Origin: Eledone cirrhosa
Taxonomy: Eukaryota
Direction: 5' to 3'
DNA: 64,000 nt
Assembly: GCA_964016885.1 (NCBI GenBank)
Contig: OZ024742.1
Span: 125,178,001 to 125,242,000 of the forward strand
The notes under the pieces are model-generated. The model saw only the letters and a list, made by a program, of their open reading frames with translations. It did no database searches and was not told where the DNA came from. How positions within the stretch are numbered: the stretch's first letter is position 1; each line of letters opens with the position of its first letter. Positions 1-14,379 of this stretch are shown piece after piece. Position numbers and translations under genes: made by a program.

Positions 1-866
1 TAATCATCGGTGTCAATTTGGCCTCATACACAATGGATGTGGTATAACATTTACCCTGTAATGGGCATTCTATCGGCTTCCTGCAACTGCATCCTGGATT
101 AACTCTCATACGATTAGAGTTGGTAATTTTAGTCTCCATTTGTGGACAGCAAGAGTAACTGATTTTGACTACATTTCTATTAAATATCTTATTATATCTA
201 TGATTAGGGAGAAAATGTTTGTCTAGGAGGTCGAGGAATTTCCTTCCTACATTAGTTTTGAGTTAGAGAGAAGGGGGGTGTAAACCAAATAATTTATTTT
301 TCTTTTCCTGTTATTGTGTTTAGTGTTAGAGGGAAGAATAGGAAAGTATTTAATATGTTCGGTGAAGCCGATGTTATTGAGGGCGTTATTATAATAAGTG
401 GCGGCTTTGTTAAAATTGTCTATAGACGAAGATAAGGTAGATATCCTACGGCTAATGTTAGGAATAAGATTTTTAAAGACTATAGGTGGATGGCAAGATT
501 CTTTGTGTATATATCTTACATGCTCGTTAGGTTTATGATAAGGTTTAACATACGCAGTAAGTAGATCAATATTATTATCAAGAGAGTTAGTATAAGTAAG
601 ATTCGTATCTATAGTAATTTTAAGGTTTAGGTTAGCAGAGGCATTGATTAAATCTTTACGGAATTTATCAAGGTTATGGCCGTTGGTAGTATGAGAAATT
701 ACCAAACCGTCGTCTCGGTATAAACCGATATTATGGCAAGGAAATTTATCTTTAAGTGTGTGGAGGAGGAATAATCCTACTACGTTGCATACATCAGCAC
801 TATCATATGAGCCCATCGCAACATCAAAAGAGTTTTCAGGGCTTGACTTTTTAACCCAATATAGTT
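1..866 (-). mobile_element. Naiad-type Penelope-like element fragment (RT C-terminal half into GIY-YIG linker), frameshifted, runs off window start
   Basis: Minus-strand translation gives WVKK..FDVAMGSYDS..GLYRDDGL..YIHKESCHPP (ORF 247-816), then CSCRKPIECPLQGKCYTTSIVYEA near 1-100, a CxCx5Cx5C motif typical of Naiad PLEs. Confidence 0.85.
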
Positions 867-1173
867 GTGCGTATGCGGTTGTATATATGCTTTTGTTTTT
901 GTCTGTATAGTCTTACGTATGGTTTTGTATGCGTGTGTTGATTTCTTATTACGTGCATGTGCGCCAACGCATCTGTTTTTGTTTGTACGTAGGTTACGTA
1001 CCAATGGTCTTTTTTGTAGGGTTTATGTGTGTGCTAGTATATTTGGTTGTATGCATGTTTTTATATACGTGTGTATGAGTGTGAATGTGTATGTGTATAT
1101 GTATTTTTGCACGCTTGTGTATGTGTATGTGGATATGTACGTATGTTTATTTTATAATTTATATTTTTGTTTT

Positions 1174-1214
<41 letters not shown>

Positions 1215-1930
1215 TGTAAGGCTTAATTCGGGATGTTTGTTTACAAACACACGGAGCATTATAATTAATATTCGATGAATCCATACGTACATGTATATAT
1301 GTGTGCATGTATGTATATATATATACATACTACTGTACGTCTGTATGCATGCATGTACGTATAGATACTTATATTTAAGTAACAGCCGTACTAAGAGTGA
1401 GAAATGAAATTTCGTTTCATTTTTTCCGTTTATATATATATATATATATATATATACGTATATGTGTGTGTGTGTATATATATATGTATATACACATACA
1501 TGTTTGTATGTGTTTTTATATGTGTGTATGAGTATTTGTGTATGTTTTTGTGTGTGTCTGTGTGTATGTATGTGTGTATACATGTATATATATGTATATA
1601 TATTTTATATATATGTATATTTATGTATATGCACACCTCGTGTATTTTTTTATTTTTAATTGTTTTTATTTTTCTCCCCCTCCTCTCACTTATCGTTGTC
1701 AACACGTATCTTTTATTTTTGAATTTGTATTTTTTGTTCTTATTCATTTATTCATTTTTTTCTTATTACTACATGTATATGTATGTGTATGTATTTTTCC
1801 ATGCCTGCAGATACATATACGCTTATGTGACAAAGTTTACGTCTACGTACTTTTTAAGTATATGCGCGTGGTTGAGTGTGTGTATGTTTATATATTTATT
1901 GTTTTTATCTATACATGTGTATTTTTCTTT

Positions 1931-1961
<31 letters not shown>

Positions 1962-2258
1962 TCTTTTTTTTCTTTTTTTTCTTTTTTTTCTTTTTTTTTC
2001 TTTTTTTCATCTTCTTCGTCCATTGTTTTTCTCAGCCTCACTTTTATATTTCTTATATTTTGTTTTCAAATCCTTATTTAATAAAAATACCATGTTTTAT
2101 TCATTCTGACGACTGAAAACAGATATATCTGCTTTCAAGAAACCACTGGTAATAAATTAAATAATTATCTTATGTTGTTTATTACATAACTAATAAGCTC
2201 TGTAGCCTACATACCTACATAGAGCAATTTTTTTCCTGTACCTTTCCGACGGAATTAC
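867..2258 (+). repeat. Low-complexity (TA/TG/T-rich) region, probably a PLE 3' UTR/pLTR in inverted orientation to the RT fragment
   Basis: Degenerate microsatellites ending in an HHR-like motif (2095-2161) and AATAAA. Overlapping ORFs are YI/VC repeats. Confidence 0.5.
2095..2161 (+). ncRNA. Degenerate type I hammerhead ribozyme
   Basis: CTGACGA (2106-2112); stem II TGAAA.CAGAT/ATCTG.TTTCA; GAAA-CC-ACT-GG-T; stem I imperfect and cleavage-site nucleotide apparently deleted. Confidence 0.6.
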
Positions 2259-2260
2259 TT

Positions 2261-2335
<75 letters not shown>

Positions 2336-2620
2336 ATATAGACGACGTATCAAATTTTCATGAATTTTATATAAGTATATATATACATACACATATGTAG
2401 AAGATAAATAGAAATAACAAAACAAATGACATATTACATGGAACAAATACATTAGTTTAACGCTTCAAATAGCAGGTAGCATGTCTTAAAGTTTCCGACA
2501 CCGGTCCTTCATCAGTAGATAGAGTAAGAAATAGAAGATAAGTATAATGTAAACAGTGATAAAAAAAGGAGTGGGGAAAATATTGAAAAAAATGGAGTAA
2601 AAAACACGCGGGTATTTAGT

Positions 2621-2674
<54 letters not shown>

Positions 2675-2677
2675 GTG

Positions 2678-2745
<68 letters not shown>

Positions 2746-2760
2746 TGCACGCGTGTGTGT
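2261..2760. repeat. (CA)n(TA)n and (GT)n microsatellites flanking a short AT-rich insert
   Basis: Directly visible at 2261-2325 and 2624-2760. Confidence 0.95.
2483..2522 (-). ncRNA. Degenerate minimal hammerhead ribozyme core
   Basis: Minus strand CTGATGA-AGGACCGGTGTCG-GAAA-CTTTAAG-AC; cleavage triplet GAC instead of GTC and no stem I 3' strand. Confidence 0.45.
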
Positions 2761-3534
2761 ATAACGGTCCGCTGTCAGTTATTCCATCTAGATTATAGTC
2801 TGATTGTGAACGTAACGAACATGTGGCAGAGCATTTCAAAGAAACGTACACACAGAGCGTAATTGTCCAGTTGATTCAGTTTATAAAATTGTTTGAGAAG
2901 GATAAAGCTCTGAATTTCAAGCACAGCCCATCCGGTAGGCTTCCAATTAGGTTTCGTCTACCCAATTTCACTCGTAAATCATGAGTCAAGCCTAGGCTCT
3001 GTTAAATAACATTTGACGAATATATCACTCTGACAAAGTGAACTACTTAAGTAACCGGCCAAAATTTGTTAATTATCTAATCTAGATTAAAGACCATATC
3101 CTGGAAGGTGTTTGGGATTCGGAGACTCAATGTTATTCAATGTGTTTCCTAAATACTATAGAGATTTATACACATCAAGCCATACGTGCCTATAAGAAAT
3201 CTGAACCAAATTACTATGGCAATATGCGTTATCTTTCTATATTTCCATGTGGAAATATTGTCGAAATATTCTCAGAATCCACCCAGCGAGTTACCTGTAA
3301 TTTGCTGATATGTTGGAGATATACATGAAACGTTGCGTCACTGTCCATTTCATTCTTCTGGACACGGTGCCATGATTTTGGTTGTGTGATTGCAATCTAT
3401 TCTCCAACACTGTTCCTCCATTGCCCTGTTTTTATCTGTGGTTTGTTATATTTGGCCTACTCTTACTTTTTCTTTGAATATCGTTGTATCAGACACCATT
3501 ATGCTCCTTAGTTGATAAGAATGAGCGCTTGCAA

Positions 3535-3586
<52 letters not shown>

Positions 3587-6500
3587 TGCATTTATCTTGC
3601 TTTATGTTTATACGAGTTATCACCAAGTCACAACCAGTGACCTCAAGAGACAACTAGGTCCGCCATGTTCAAGAAAGAACACACATATTCACACATGCAT
3701 CCTTAGTGTTTAGACTTGTGATGTACTTATATTGACAGGATCTTCCTTAGTATATGGGCAGTTCCCATTAGTACTATCTTTTGTATTTCTCCTATACGCG
3801 GGTTTCCTGGGATTTGCGATAAGTAGTCGTTAGACCCCTTAGGTATCATTCCCAGAGCGCCTACAACCACTGGTATTGTTTTAGTTCTCAATTTCCACAT
3901 TTTTCCAATTTCTATCTCCAGGTCCTTATACTTGCTCAATTTTTCAAATGTTTTTATAGATACATTCTTGTCTATTGGAACAGACATATCAATTAGCAGG
4001 CATACCCTCCTTTGAAAGTCCTTCAATATTATATCAGGTCTATTTGCATCTATTTTTCGGTCTGTTTGGATGCTAAAGTTCCACAAGATTGAGATGTGAT
4101 CTTTTTCAAGTATGGGAGGTGGTTGATGCTCCCACCAATTCTTTTGATGGGGCAGGTCAAAATGCTTGCACATTATCCAATGTATGTATTGTGCAGCTCT
4201 GTCATGCCTGTTTAGGTATTCGGTTGGAGCTATAGGACTGCACATAGACACTGATCTTGTGCGGATATAATCAGTCCTTCAGTCTCCGATTTCAGTCCAG
4301 AGGATGCCAACCACTGATGGGTTAAAGTTTTGTCAACATCAGGATTGTTAGCTCGCTCTGGGTATTTTCCATACAGAGGCTTTTCTTGCCATTTCTTAGC
4401 CAGTTTCTGTAGCAGTTCTTTCTTTGCAGTTACTTTTACCTGCTTTGCTTTTTCTGTGTTTTCCATTTCAGCAGTAAATGGGACTTCTGAAATTTGTAGT
4501 CCATTACTGTATCTTTGTGCATCTTTTGTAATGGAATATGATCTTTTGATGCTTTCGTGTTTCAAAACGAGTTTGATCATCCAATCATGTGATTCCCTTA
4601 GATATGTGGATAATCCAATTGTTGCAGTTTTCAACGCAATGTCTAACTGGATTAACCCACGTCCTCCTTCTTTCCTAGGGAGATATATTCTATCTATGTC
4701 TGCCTTAGGGTGATGCATTCTGTGCATGGTTAAGAATTTTCGAATTTTTGTATCGAGCCTACGGATCTCTGTGCTTGACCAGTTGATGACATTGTAACTG
4801 TAGGTTACTACTGGTATGGCAAGCGTGTTTATGGCATCGATCCTATTCCTTGCATTCAATTCCGTTCTTAAGATTGCTCTTAGTCTGCGGTAACATTCCT
4901 TCCTTATCCTTTCCCTCATTGTCGAGTGCTTGATTCCGTCTCCTTCACAAACACCTAGATATTTGTACGTTTGTTCTTGATCAAGCTCTCTTATCACGTT
5001 CCCCCGATCAAGATTAATGTCTGAACTCTTCAGCAGCTTTCCTCTGGTGAACGTTGCTTTGGCGCATTTATCCAGTCCAAACTCCATTTTAATGTCATCA
5101 CTGAACTGCTTCACAGTGGATAATAGCCCTTGCAATTGTTCATCATTTTTTGCAAATAGTTTCAGGTCATCCATGTAGAACAGGTGATTAATGGTTTTGT
5201 CATAGACTCTATATCCATGTTTTGTTTCATTGAGCATTTTACTTAATGGTATAAGTGCGATGCAGAATAAAAGCGGTGATAAAGAGTCACCCTGAAAAAT
5301 TCCACAATTAATGTTAACTTCTCCAGCTTCCAGTGATTTTGTTTCATTATTCAAAAGGAGTGTCGTTCTCCATGTCCTCATACTGAATGACAAAAACCTC
5401 CTGATAACGGGGGATATTTCGAAAATCTCTAAAAATTTTTCAATCCAACTGTGTGGCAAACTATCAAATGCTTTTTTATAATCTATCCAAGCAATCGATA
5501 GAATTTTGTGTCTATTATGACAATCTTCCAGTATCATTTTGTTAACCAGAAGCTGATCCTTACAGCCATACGAGCCTCGTTTACACCCTTTCTGCTCAAT
5601 GGGAAATAGGTCATTTGTTATCAGGTGGTCATATGTGTATTCAGTTAGGACTGATGTTAAAATTTTATACATTGTGGTCAAGCAGGTTATCGGTCTGTAA
5701 TTTTTGGGATTGTTTGTCTCATCATTCTTCGGTAGCAGGAATGTAATGCCGTTAACTAGCCATGATGGTATCTTTTCTGGCTCCTTAACTATTTCATTGT
5801 AAAGTTGGGCTAACAGCTCATGAGACTCTGTGAAGGCATTTATCCAAAAGTTTTGTATTTTGTCTTTTCCTGGGGATTTCCATTTGCTGGTTTTTCTTAG
5901 AGCCAAGCGCAGCTGTTCAACTGTTATATTTTCCCATGTTTGTTCTTCAAGGTGAGCTGTTTCTTTCATTTGTCTGTCTATCCATGGGGCATGTATGTTA
6001 TGAACTTTTTCTTCGGCCCAGATCTTTTCCCAGAATTCTTGCACTTCCTCCTTGGGTGGTATTGATTTAGCAGTTATTGTTGACTTACCAATTTTTCTGT
6101 AGAAGTTTCTTTGGTTGTTTTTGAACATATTATTGTCCTTATAGAATCTAGATCGTTTCTCAAAGCGCCTTATACGAGCAGCTTTGGCCGACACTTTTTG
6201 CTTGATTGTTTCTATCAGCATGTCTATGTCACATGTTGATCTTATACTGTACTTTTTTTTCAATTTTCTAAGTTTAGTTTGTTTAACATGTTCACCTACT
6301 TTATAGTTTGTTAAAATTTCTATGTCAGATCGGAGAAGGTTTATTTGGCGATTGATGTTATCTTGCCAAGTAGATTTCTTGTGGGAATTCCTTTGTTTTT
6401 TCATCTTCACTCCACATAAGTGAGTGATGACTTTAGCCGATGCATAATAGAGATGATTTAAGTCAGTAATGCTTAGTTTGTTTGTGATGATAATGTTTTT

Positions 6501-7360
6501 GAGAATTATGTTAGTCTTGTGTATTATCTTTTGGTTCTGTTTGGAGTTCTGGATCTTAGGGAGGGTGTCTCGTTCCCCCATGTCAGATTCTTTCATTTTC
6601 ATCCATTCGATCATAATTTCATCCTTCAAGTTGGCAAGTTCATTCTCATTCATTTCTTTATCATTTACGATCTCATTATTTTCATTTGGAGTTTCATCCT
6701 GAGCATGCACTCCCTCCACTTTTTCGCTCCTTTCTTTAATTTGTTCTGTTGCCAGTGATTCCGCCCCAACTCTGGGATTCGAAGTGTTACAGTTTACCTC
6801 GTTTTCACTGACACATGCTTCATTTTCCCTTCGCTGACTTTGTGCTACTAGCTTGATCTGATCAATTTCTATATCAGTTAGTAACTTTTTTCTTACAATA
6901 TTTCTTCGTATATTGGCTAGTTTGTTACTGTCAATATAGCCTCTGTTTTCGGGATGTTTCTTTTTCCAGTTGATATATGTTTGCTCTGTATTCGATGTAT
7001 TTGATGGGTAGTACATGGCAGTGTAGAAAGCCTCAAGGACTTCTTTATTATCTTCCCTTGACCATTTTTCTCTCTTTTTCTTTGGATTTCTTGGTGGTGA
7101 GCATGGAGGGCCAACAGTAGGAGTATTCCGGTTATGGGAGGTCTCCAGCTCCGAAGTGATGGGAAGGTTTGAACCATTAGCTGATTTTTCGACCCCAGTC
7201 TGGTTCCTCTCTGAGGGACGCGGCCCTTTTTTACCCGGGTGACGGCCGATCCGGTATGAGATTTCATCATTAGACATCTACTTTATTTTGTCGCGTTTTA
7301 TCCTTATCCGCCAAGGGGTAATCTTTTCGTGTTACCACTTCTAGAACGTGTTACCACTTC

Positions 7361-7361
<1 letters not shown>
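3587..7361 (-). mobile_element. R4/Dong-clade non-LTR retrotransposon, family A, near full length
   Basis: RT (GIFQGDSLSP, YMDD) followed by RLE nuclease (RHD, RPDI..D, EKLSKY); flanked by (TAA)n on both sides (3534-3586, 7361-7411). Confidence 0.93.
3727..7277 (-). pseudogene. RT-RLE polyprotein of Dong family A, broken by an internal deletion and frameshift near 4250
   Basis: ORFs 4230-7277 and 3727-4251; the CRVC zinc-knuckle segment present in the 59.5-kb copy is missing here. Confidence 0.88.
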
Positions 7362-7413
<52 letters not shown>

Positions 7414-7419
7414 TTACGA

Positions 7420-7815
7420 TGGTCGAGTGGACAGAGTCTTCAACCACTCCTTCCAGTGTGACCTGTCAGAAGCAACCTCCTCCAACTAATCCAACTGCAT
7501 CCCCAAGTGAGACCATCCAAGCTCACGGATGTTATCCAATCCAACCCTGTCTCTTCTATCCGTTGGTTTTGCCCGTAGTGTCACTCCAGCTATTCTTTCC
7601 TGAGACATTCTAACCACCAGTCCATATTATCGAAGCTGTGGTTTATCAATTCGGTGAAGTAGCAGCTCTACCTGGAGTGACTCTCTGATCTCCGAGATAC
7701 TCACTCTATCAAGTATCGTTACACCAAAGATCCTTCGGAGGAAACTTATTAAGGCCGCCTGTATTCCCTATCATATTGTTTCCGTCATTACCCAAAATTG
7801 TTGGCCTTATACCTA
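7420..7815 (-). mobile_element. Degenerate RTE-clade (Expander/Rex3-like) LINE 3' fragment
   Basis: Minus translation FWVMTE..IQAALISFLRRIFGVTILDRV..IRESLQVE..QLR*YG, resembling the RTE RT C-terminus. Confidence 0.7.
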
Positions 7816-8649
7816 AATCAGAACCCATTATCATACTCATCATCATTTTTTGAAAACCACATATTAATAACTAAATTCGCAACTTCAACTAGATATCTTA
7901 TTAATGACGTTGTCCAATAGATTTTTCTAAATCATCAAACCCGTGTGATTGATATAAGATTTCTAAATTGCACTCCATGGTGGAGCACTCTAATTCGTAT
8001 TCCAATATTTCAACCCATTTTTTATTAACATTGAAACAAAAGATATTATTAAAGCAAATATATGAAAACAATAGAGTTAAATAATAATATGAAAATATGA
8101 ATTTAATATATATAAATATTTATACATATATTGATATTAATAGATATATGTTTATGGAGCTATGAATATTCCAATTAATAGTAAACAAATAAAAATTACA
8201 CATGACTAAATTAAGATATAAGCATTAAAGTGTATGCTGCAAGACGTCGGTCTTTGCTGTTCATTTTATTAAATATGATTTAATTTCAAATATTGAAGTT
8301 GAATATTCCTGACAGTATACAAATTTATAATTTAAATTACGTAGCCAAATATAAGAACAGGATATCGAAAAATAAATATATAACGACGGACGTAAATAAA
8401 TGGATGTATAGATGTAGTGGTACGGGTGGAATGAATTATTAATTATTTGACTTGCAGTATGAAATTGGAAGATATATTCAATAAGAAATGTCATTACTTA
8501 TAGTCATATAAAACAAATATAAATACTCAATTATATAAATCCAAATAAATTTATAAACCAATATACACAACGTACACTTACACAAAACATATTCACAAAT
8601 AGGTTTCTATATTTCTCTCCTTGTATAAGAAAGCGCATTCTTCTTCATC

Positions 8650-9035
8650 TTATTATTATTGCATTTGATACCAGAGTCATTGATGTTATTTAACCGGAAT
8701 AATTACCCTGAAGAACATCAAGCCGCTACCCACAGTCTAAGATATTCAGGACATATCAAAGAGTCATTGCTATTTCCAGTACGTATGTCTTTTGGAAGGT
8801 TCAAATAATGGTGACTGAGCTGATGACCATTAGTCAGCCATGGAAACATTTCAAAGAAATTACTCCGAACAAGGAGTACCTTGTTAACATGACAGACCAA
8901 AATCTTTTTCGGGTCCCACTTTAGATCCTGATACAGGTTTTCTTTCTCACGTCTTCTTGCAATCATAAGACAAGAGAACAAAATACATCTATAATCAAAC
9001 CAGATCTTTTTTACTTGTCAAAAACCAAGTCAGTT
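8650..9035 (-). mobile_element. Degenerate 3' fragment related to Dong family B
   Basis: YQDLKW motif and 3' UTR (ATATCT..GGTAG.GGCTTGAT..CATCAATGACT) match 56740-56820; ends in (TAA)n. Confidence 0.75.
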
Positions 9036-9067
9036 CTATTGTCGTTATTGTTGCTATTATTATTTGT

Positions 9068-9282
9068 CAGGATGGGTAGAGCTTCAGACAACATGATTTC
9101 CAGCATAAAATTAGTCCTACACATTCTGAGTTCAAATCTTGCCGAGGTTATCTTTGCGTTTCATCCTTACGAGGTCGATAAAAATGAAGTACCAGTCACG
9201 CACTGGGATAGATATAATCGACTTTCCATTCCCCCAACATTGCTGTCATTATGCCTATAGTAGAAATCATTATTATTATTAT
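9068..9282 (+). mobile_element. tRNA-derived SINE (MetaSINE-like), diverged copy
   Basis: B box GAGTTCAAATCT, central TTTCATCCTTACGAGGTCGATAAAA, (ATT)n tail. Confidence 0.75.
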
Positions 9283-11490
9283 TAATGATTTGGTTCTGAT
9301 AGATGTTATACGGACATATACCAAAAGAGCGAGCCATAGCCAATGGCCAAAGGTCCTTTGGATCATTCCTTCTCCTTCAACTTTCCGAAACACTTTGTAG
9401 AATTCTTGCTGGTCCCAACAAGGTTGTTTCCTGCAACAATCCTGTCCTGATGGTAATTCCTAACTTCTCAAGCCACCTTCTACTGACTGGACCCAGTGCG
9501 CCAACCATATTCGTCACCATTTCTACGTGTCTGATTCTCCACTTTCCTGATTTCTCTCTTTAGCTCCTGGTATTTCTCAACTTTCTCACACTTTCTTATT
9601 CAACCTGTGGTCACACGTGAAGCAATATTCACAATACAAGCCTTGTTATTTTTCCTTTCTACGACAAAGATGTCAGGCTTTCTAGCCATGATAAAATGTT
9701 CGCAGTGGATGGTCATGTCTCATAAGATCTGTTCATTTTCACCCACCCTTTCCGGTTGGTGTTCTTACCATTTCTCACTTCTGCTCATATTATTCTTATG
9801 AGAGAGCTTCAAATGAACCAATCTGGCAATGTTGTCGTGCCTTCTCTTGTACTATTCTTGAGCAAGCATCTTACCTTCACTAATAATGTGGTTTATTGCC
9901 TCACCTTTCACACCACGCAACCTACAAAGTAAGGAATTCACCAACTTCTCAATACTTGTTGCCGGGCTGCAAAAATAAGAGCCTCGGATTCATCTTTTAA
10001 GTCACATTTCCTATTCCATTTCCAGTTCTAACTTTGTCAACTGTCTCGGGCATTTCACGTACAAATGGACCATGCATTTTGTTTTCTCCCATCTATTCAA
10101 TGTGTCATTCTGTCTATATTGCTTACATTCTCCCTTTTCCTTTGCTTTATCACGGTTTAGGACCTGTATCTTTCTTACTCTTGCCATCAACCTCTCATTG
10201 GAATTCATGCCAGATTATTTTCCTCCGTCTTCACACACATTTCACAGCTAATGAGAGATCTTCCTGTTCTCTGGCCTGATAAATACAACCTGTCCATATC
10301 ACTTTTGGGGTGTAGAGCCCCTTGTAGTATCCTGATTTTCCTAATTGTTCTATCAAGCTCCTTAAGTTCAATACATCTACCCTCTATCATACCAGTGCTA
10401 TACCATAGTACTGCAACAGCCCATGTGTTGATAGCAAGAATGTTATTCCTAGCACTTCGTCTTTAACACCAACTTCAGTCTCCATTCATATTCCTTTAAT
10501 AATAGTTCTTTCATTTAGTTTGTTTCCACGTTGCCTACGTGTCTATACCCGTTTTTATTAATTTCCATCGGGTAATTCAATTCCTCCGATCTTATTAATT
10601 CTACCTCGCTTCAGTAGTAGCACCCCATACATTTTATGCCAAATTCCATTCCTATGTCCGTACTGAATGTATGAACTGTCTGTACAAGGGACTAAATATG
10701 TTCATAGGAATTCTCGTAAAGTTTTAGATCGTCCATTAACAGAAGGTCGTTTATCTTAAACTTGCGTCCTCCCTGTTCATAACCAGACTTTGACCTTCTC
10801 ACGACAAATGAAAGTAGAAATATAAACAGTTCAAACAGCAAAGGTGAAAGACCGTCTCCCTGGAATATTCTTCTCTTGATCTTCACAACACTCAATGTTT
10901 ATCTACATGTTGTCAGCTCAGTCTTCCAACCATCCATACTGTTCAACAGAAACTGTCTAACGTTAGCTGCAATACAAAATATTTTCAAACAATAGACCTG
11001 TAATAAGTTTCTCCATACGAGGGCGGAAAGAGATAGGTTTAAAGTTTTCTACTGCATTTTTATTGCTAGGGTCCTTCAAACACACTGGGCCATTTTCCCA
11101 AAGGTTAGCCATTCTGGTAACCTTTCTTCTCCAGCAAAGATCTTATTCAGATGTTCAGAAATTCTGACATGTAGGGCCCTCAGCCTTTTCAACCATAATC
11201 CTTGCACATTATCTCGGCCGGAATCTCTCCAGTGGGATATCTTTCTACACTGGATAGTTACCATATCTCCAATTCCCTTTGCTGATTATCCCTAATTTCA
11301 TTTTTGATGCTAGTCATCCACTCCACATTTCTATGATGCTTTTTCCTACATTCCAGATATCACTCCAAAAGTTATTATTTTCATCCGTTGCAGGGATTAC
11401 ATCACCATTCCTAACCATCCATTTATCCCCTGATAGAATCTCTTCTGATTTTGTTGGAAACTTACTTACTGTTTCTACTGCGTGATACGT
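9283..11490 (-). mobile_element. Old degenerate R4/Dong element (third family)
   Basis: Fragments IFQGDGLSPLLF..LLLMDDLKLY, LHPKSDMDRLY and PEWLTFG, with many stops. Confidence 0.8.
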
Positions 11491-12149
11491 TGTACATACC
11501 TCTTAATCAAATGTGTACAGTTCCTTAATGGAGCACACATTTTGGTAGAGACAAAACGTAGGAATAGAAAGGTGTATTTATCGCATGCGAGGAGAGAGAA
11601 GAGGGTTTGTACTGCTGTTCGTACATGGTATTATTAAAATCTTAGAAACATAGAATAAAATGATTAGCTTCGTACAGTACCTTAGTGTAGCACACGTGTT
11701 TGTCGAGTCAAAAACAAAAGGAAAAAAAGAGAGCAGTTTAAATCAGGTTGTCTTTTTATAGGTATAACCTCACTTCAAATTACATAACATATCTATGATA
11801 TAAGGGAATCGTTTTAAAGCATCTAACGTATGAATAACCATGCCATGTTTTTATATGCGTTCTAGATGATAGTAAGCTTACATCTTGCTCGGGGTTGTAT
11901 CTCTCGAGAGCAACATTTCCTGTGAAAACCCATCTTTAGTCATGATGAAGAGGGACCATATGCCACAGTATATATATGCTATCGATCTGAATGATAGACC
12001 TCTGAGGTGCAACACCAAATCCACACACACACGCTTGGTTTCTTGTGGAAAACGTTTTACTTGAACTCGAAGTTTTCTTTCCAATTAAGATACATTTTCT
12101 TAAATTTTGCAGACTGTTTTTGTCAAAAACGGAATAATCTTATTTTATC

Positions 12150-12880
12150 TGTTCATATCACTGTTTATGCATTAGACCTTTCTGTAAACTTAAAGAAGAG
12201 AGCGGTTACATATCATCCAGTTCCTACGATGTCGTACACTTATCCAGTCATAGATGTAAAAGGCGAAACCTTGAATGTGGCTGAAAAATCTCTATATATT
12301 GGCATTACAGTCTGTCAAGCTGGCTGACTAGATAACGAAATACCTCAGGAGTTACAAAATATGTGTTTGGGAAATTAAAAGAACTTGTCTGGGATTGACA
12401 TGGAATTACAAATCATGGCACACTACCTCACCTCTTTACAGCTCACAAATAGAGACTACAAATCTACAAATGAACCTTTTATAATGTCTTTCGAAGGAAT
12501 TCATCGGTACTGCCTCAGAAACATCCTTAACATATCCTGGAAATATCTCACTCCAGATACAGTCGTTCTCAAGAGAGCAAACAGTTCAATATTGTCAATC
12601 ATTATGCTTAGTCTCATTATAAAATTAGGTCGCCTTGTTCATTTGGTCGTCATTCTGATAACCACATTCATAAACAATTTATGTACGGTGACTAAAACTA
12701 GCTAAAGAAAGACGCGTCAGAAACCTACAAAACGATACGTCGATTCTTTAAAAGGAGAAAGTAACAATGTATTGTTGCAACTGAGAAAAGAAAGCCGACA
12801 ATATAGTAGGATGAAGACTGAATAAAGCAAGATAATAATAACCTTGAAGAGGAACGTGTTCAATATGCTGAACTTAATTA
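12150..12880 (+). mobile_element. Degenerate RTE/BovB-like LINE fragment
   Basis: SVNLKK..GETLNVAEKSLYIG and HRYCLRNILNISW..DTVVLKRAN resemble the BovB-type RT C-terminus. Confidence 0.65.
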
Positions 12881-13520
12881 TTGTTTTATAGGCTTCACCA
12901 ATTTTTTTGTTACATTGTAGTGAAGCTCACATGACAAGAATTTCTATTAATGCATTTCTGAAAATATGCAATCCTTCTATACACCCTTTCTTTTTGTGAT
13001 TCATATTTCAAAATATGTTGTAATTTTTGTTTCTGATAATCTTGCAAACGTACATATTATTTTAAGAAATGGGTTTTTGTTACGATGCGTTATTATTAAT
13101 CTCTTTCCTAATATTTCATTTATAGCACACTTTTACCGTAATCTAAATATTTCCTTTCACATCAGAAAATGTCAATGGAAAAATAAATAAGTCCGGATTT
13201 TACAGTTTCCTTCATTTGAACATATGTGATGATAAATAGCTTTCTTATTTGATAAGGAGCAGCTACTTTGCTTGTTTTTTGTTTGCTTGTTTGTTTGTTT
13301 CTTTGTTTGTTTGTTTTTGTTGTTGTTTTTTCGTTTTGTCTTTTCTTTGCTTTTTAGGTTAGATTTAATTTAGTTTTGATTGCGCAGATCTATAGTCAAT
13401 GATATTGCAGAGTTCTCTATCTCATGTAAATTTTGGGGAAGTGATTTGAGGAAAATTTGCTAATATTTCCAACAGATTCACCATTATTTGTTTGCTATTT
13501 TCTACCTGTTATATATATAT

Positions 13521-13553
<33 letters not shown>

Positions 13554-13740
13554 GATAATTTAATATATCAACTAACATAAGCGCACAGATGCACGCCCAT
13601 GCCAGCAAATACACAGGTTATGTCATAGTACCTAGGTGGTTCAATGCAGGAGAATGCAGAACAATAATATAAAGGACGTAAAATAAGAAAATATTTTTTT
13701 TTTTAAATTTTAAAAAAATTTTTTTCTTACTTAAATTTTC

Positions 13741-13822
13741 ACTCCAACTAATTAGTTTCTGCAATGGGATAAAGACAGTTACGTAATCCAACTGTCGAGA
13801 ATTCATTGCGTCATCAGGGAGT
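13741..13822 (-). ncRNA. Type I hammerhead ribozyme, family 1
   Basis: ACTCC-CTGATGA-C-GCAATG...CATTGC-A-GAAA-CTAATTAG-TT^GGAGT: stem I ACTCC/GGAGT, stem II GCAATG/CATTGC with inner GACAGTT/AACTGTC hairpin, palindromic stem III, GUU site. Confidence 0.9.
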
Positions 13823-14297
13823 CTATTCTCAGTTAAGTCTCCAGGCAATGCGCGGACACTGGCGGCTCATATAAAAATAATAATAATTCGGTAGATCGAA
13901 CAGCTTGCGAGGACTGGATTCTATGTACCGAAATTCTCACTGCTTCAAGTCAAATGGCCGATTCTAAAGAATCAATCACGTGACACAGAGGCTAGTTAGA
14001 AGGAATGGGATGGTAAGATGACTGACGCCTACTAACACCCCCAAAAAAATTTTTTTAGAAGTGGTTTTGACAAGTTTGCTCGACAAATCAGTGATTTGGA
14101 GATAAATATAGATAATTTAATATATCAACTAACATAAGCGCACAGATGCACGCCCATGCCAGCAAATACACAGGTTATGTCATAGTACCTAGGTGGTTCA
14201 ATAGTGGAGAATGCAGAACAATAATATAAAGGACGTAAAATAAGAAAATATTTTTTTAAAAAAATTTTAAAAAAATTTTTTTCTTACTTAAATTTTC

Positions 14298-14379
14298 ACT
14301 CCAACTAATTAGTTTCTGCAATGGGATAAAGACAGTTACGTAATCCAACTGTCGAGAATTCATTGCGTCATCAGGGAGT
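14298..14379 (-). ncRNA. Type I hammerhead ribozyme, family 1
   Basis: Same motif as 13741-13822, 557 nt away. Confidence 0.9.

Noticed and set aside
865-2862. Many ORFs of YI, VC, HT and F repeats, also at 14.4-15.0, 17.8-18.2 and 29.9-30.2 kb
   Set aside because: Translations of microsatellites and poly-T tracts, not genes.
2940-3520. Very old SINE/LINE remnants
   Set aside because: Only faint similarity; boundaries and family could not be assigned.
8815-8860. CTGATGA...GAAAC hammerhead-like string
   Set aside because: No stem I or III can form; it lies antisense within a Dong coding remnant.
11875-11990. Possible host exon on the minus strand (AG...GTAAGC)
   Set aside because: No recognisable protein similarity and no partner exons; cannot be supported.
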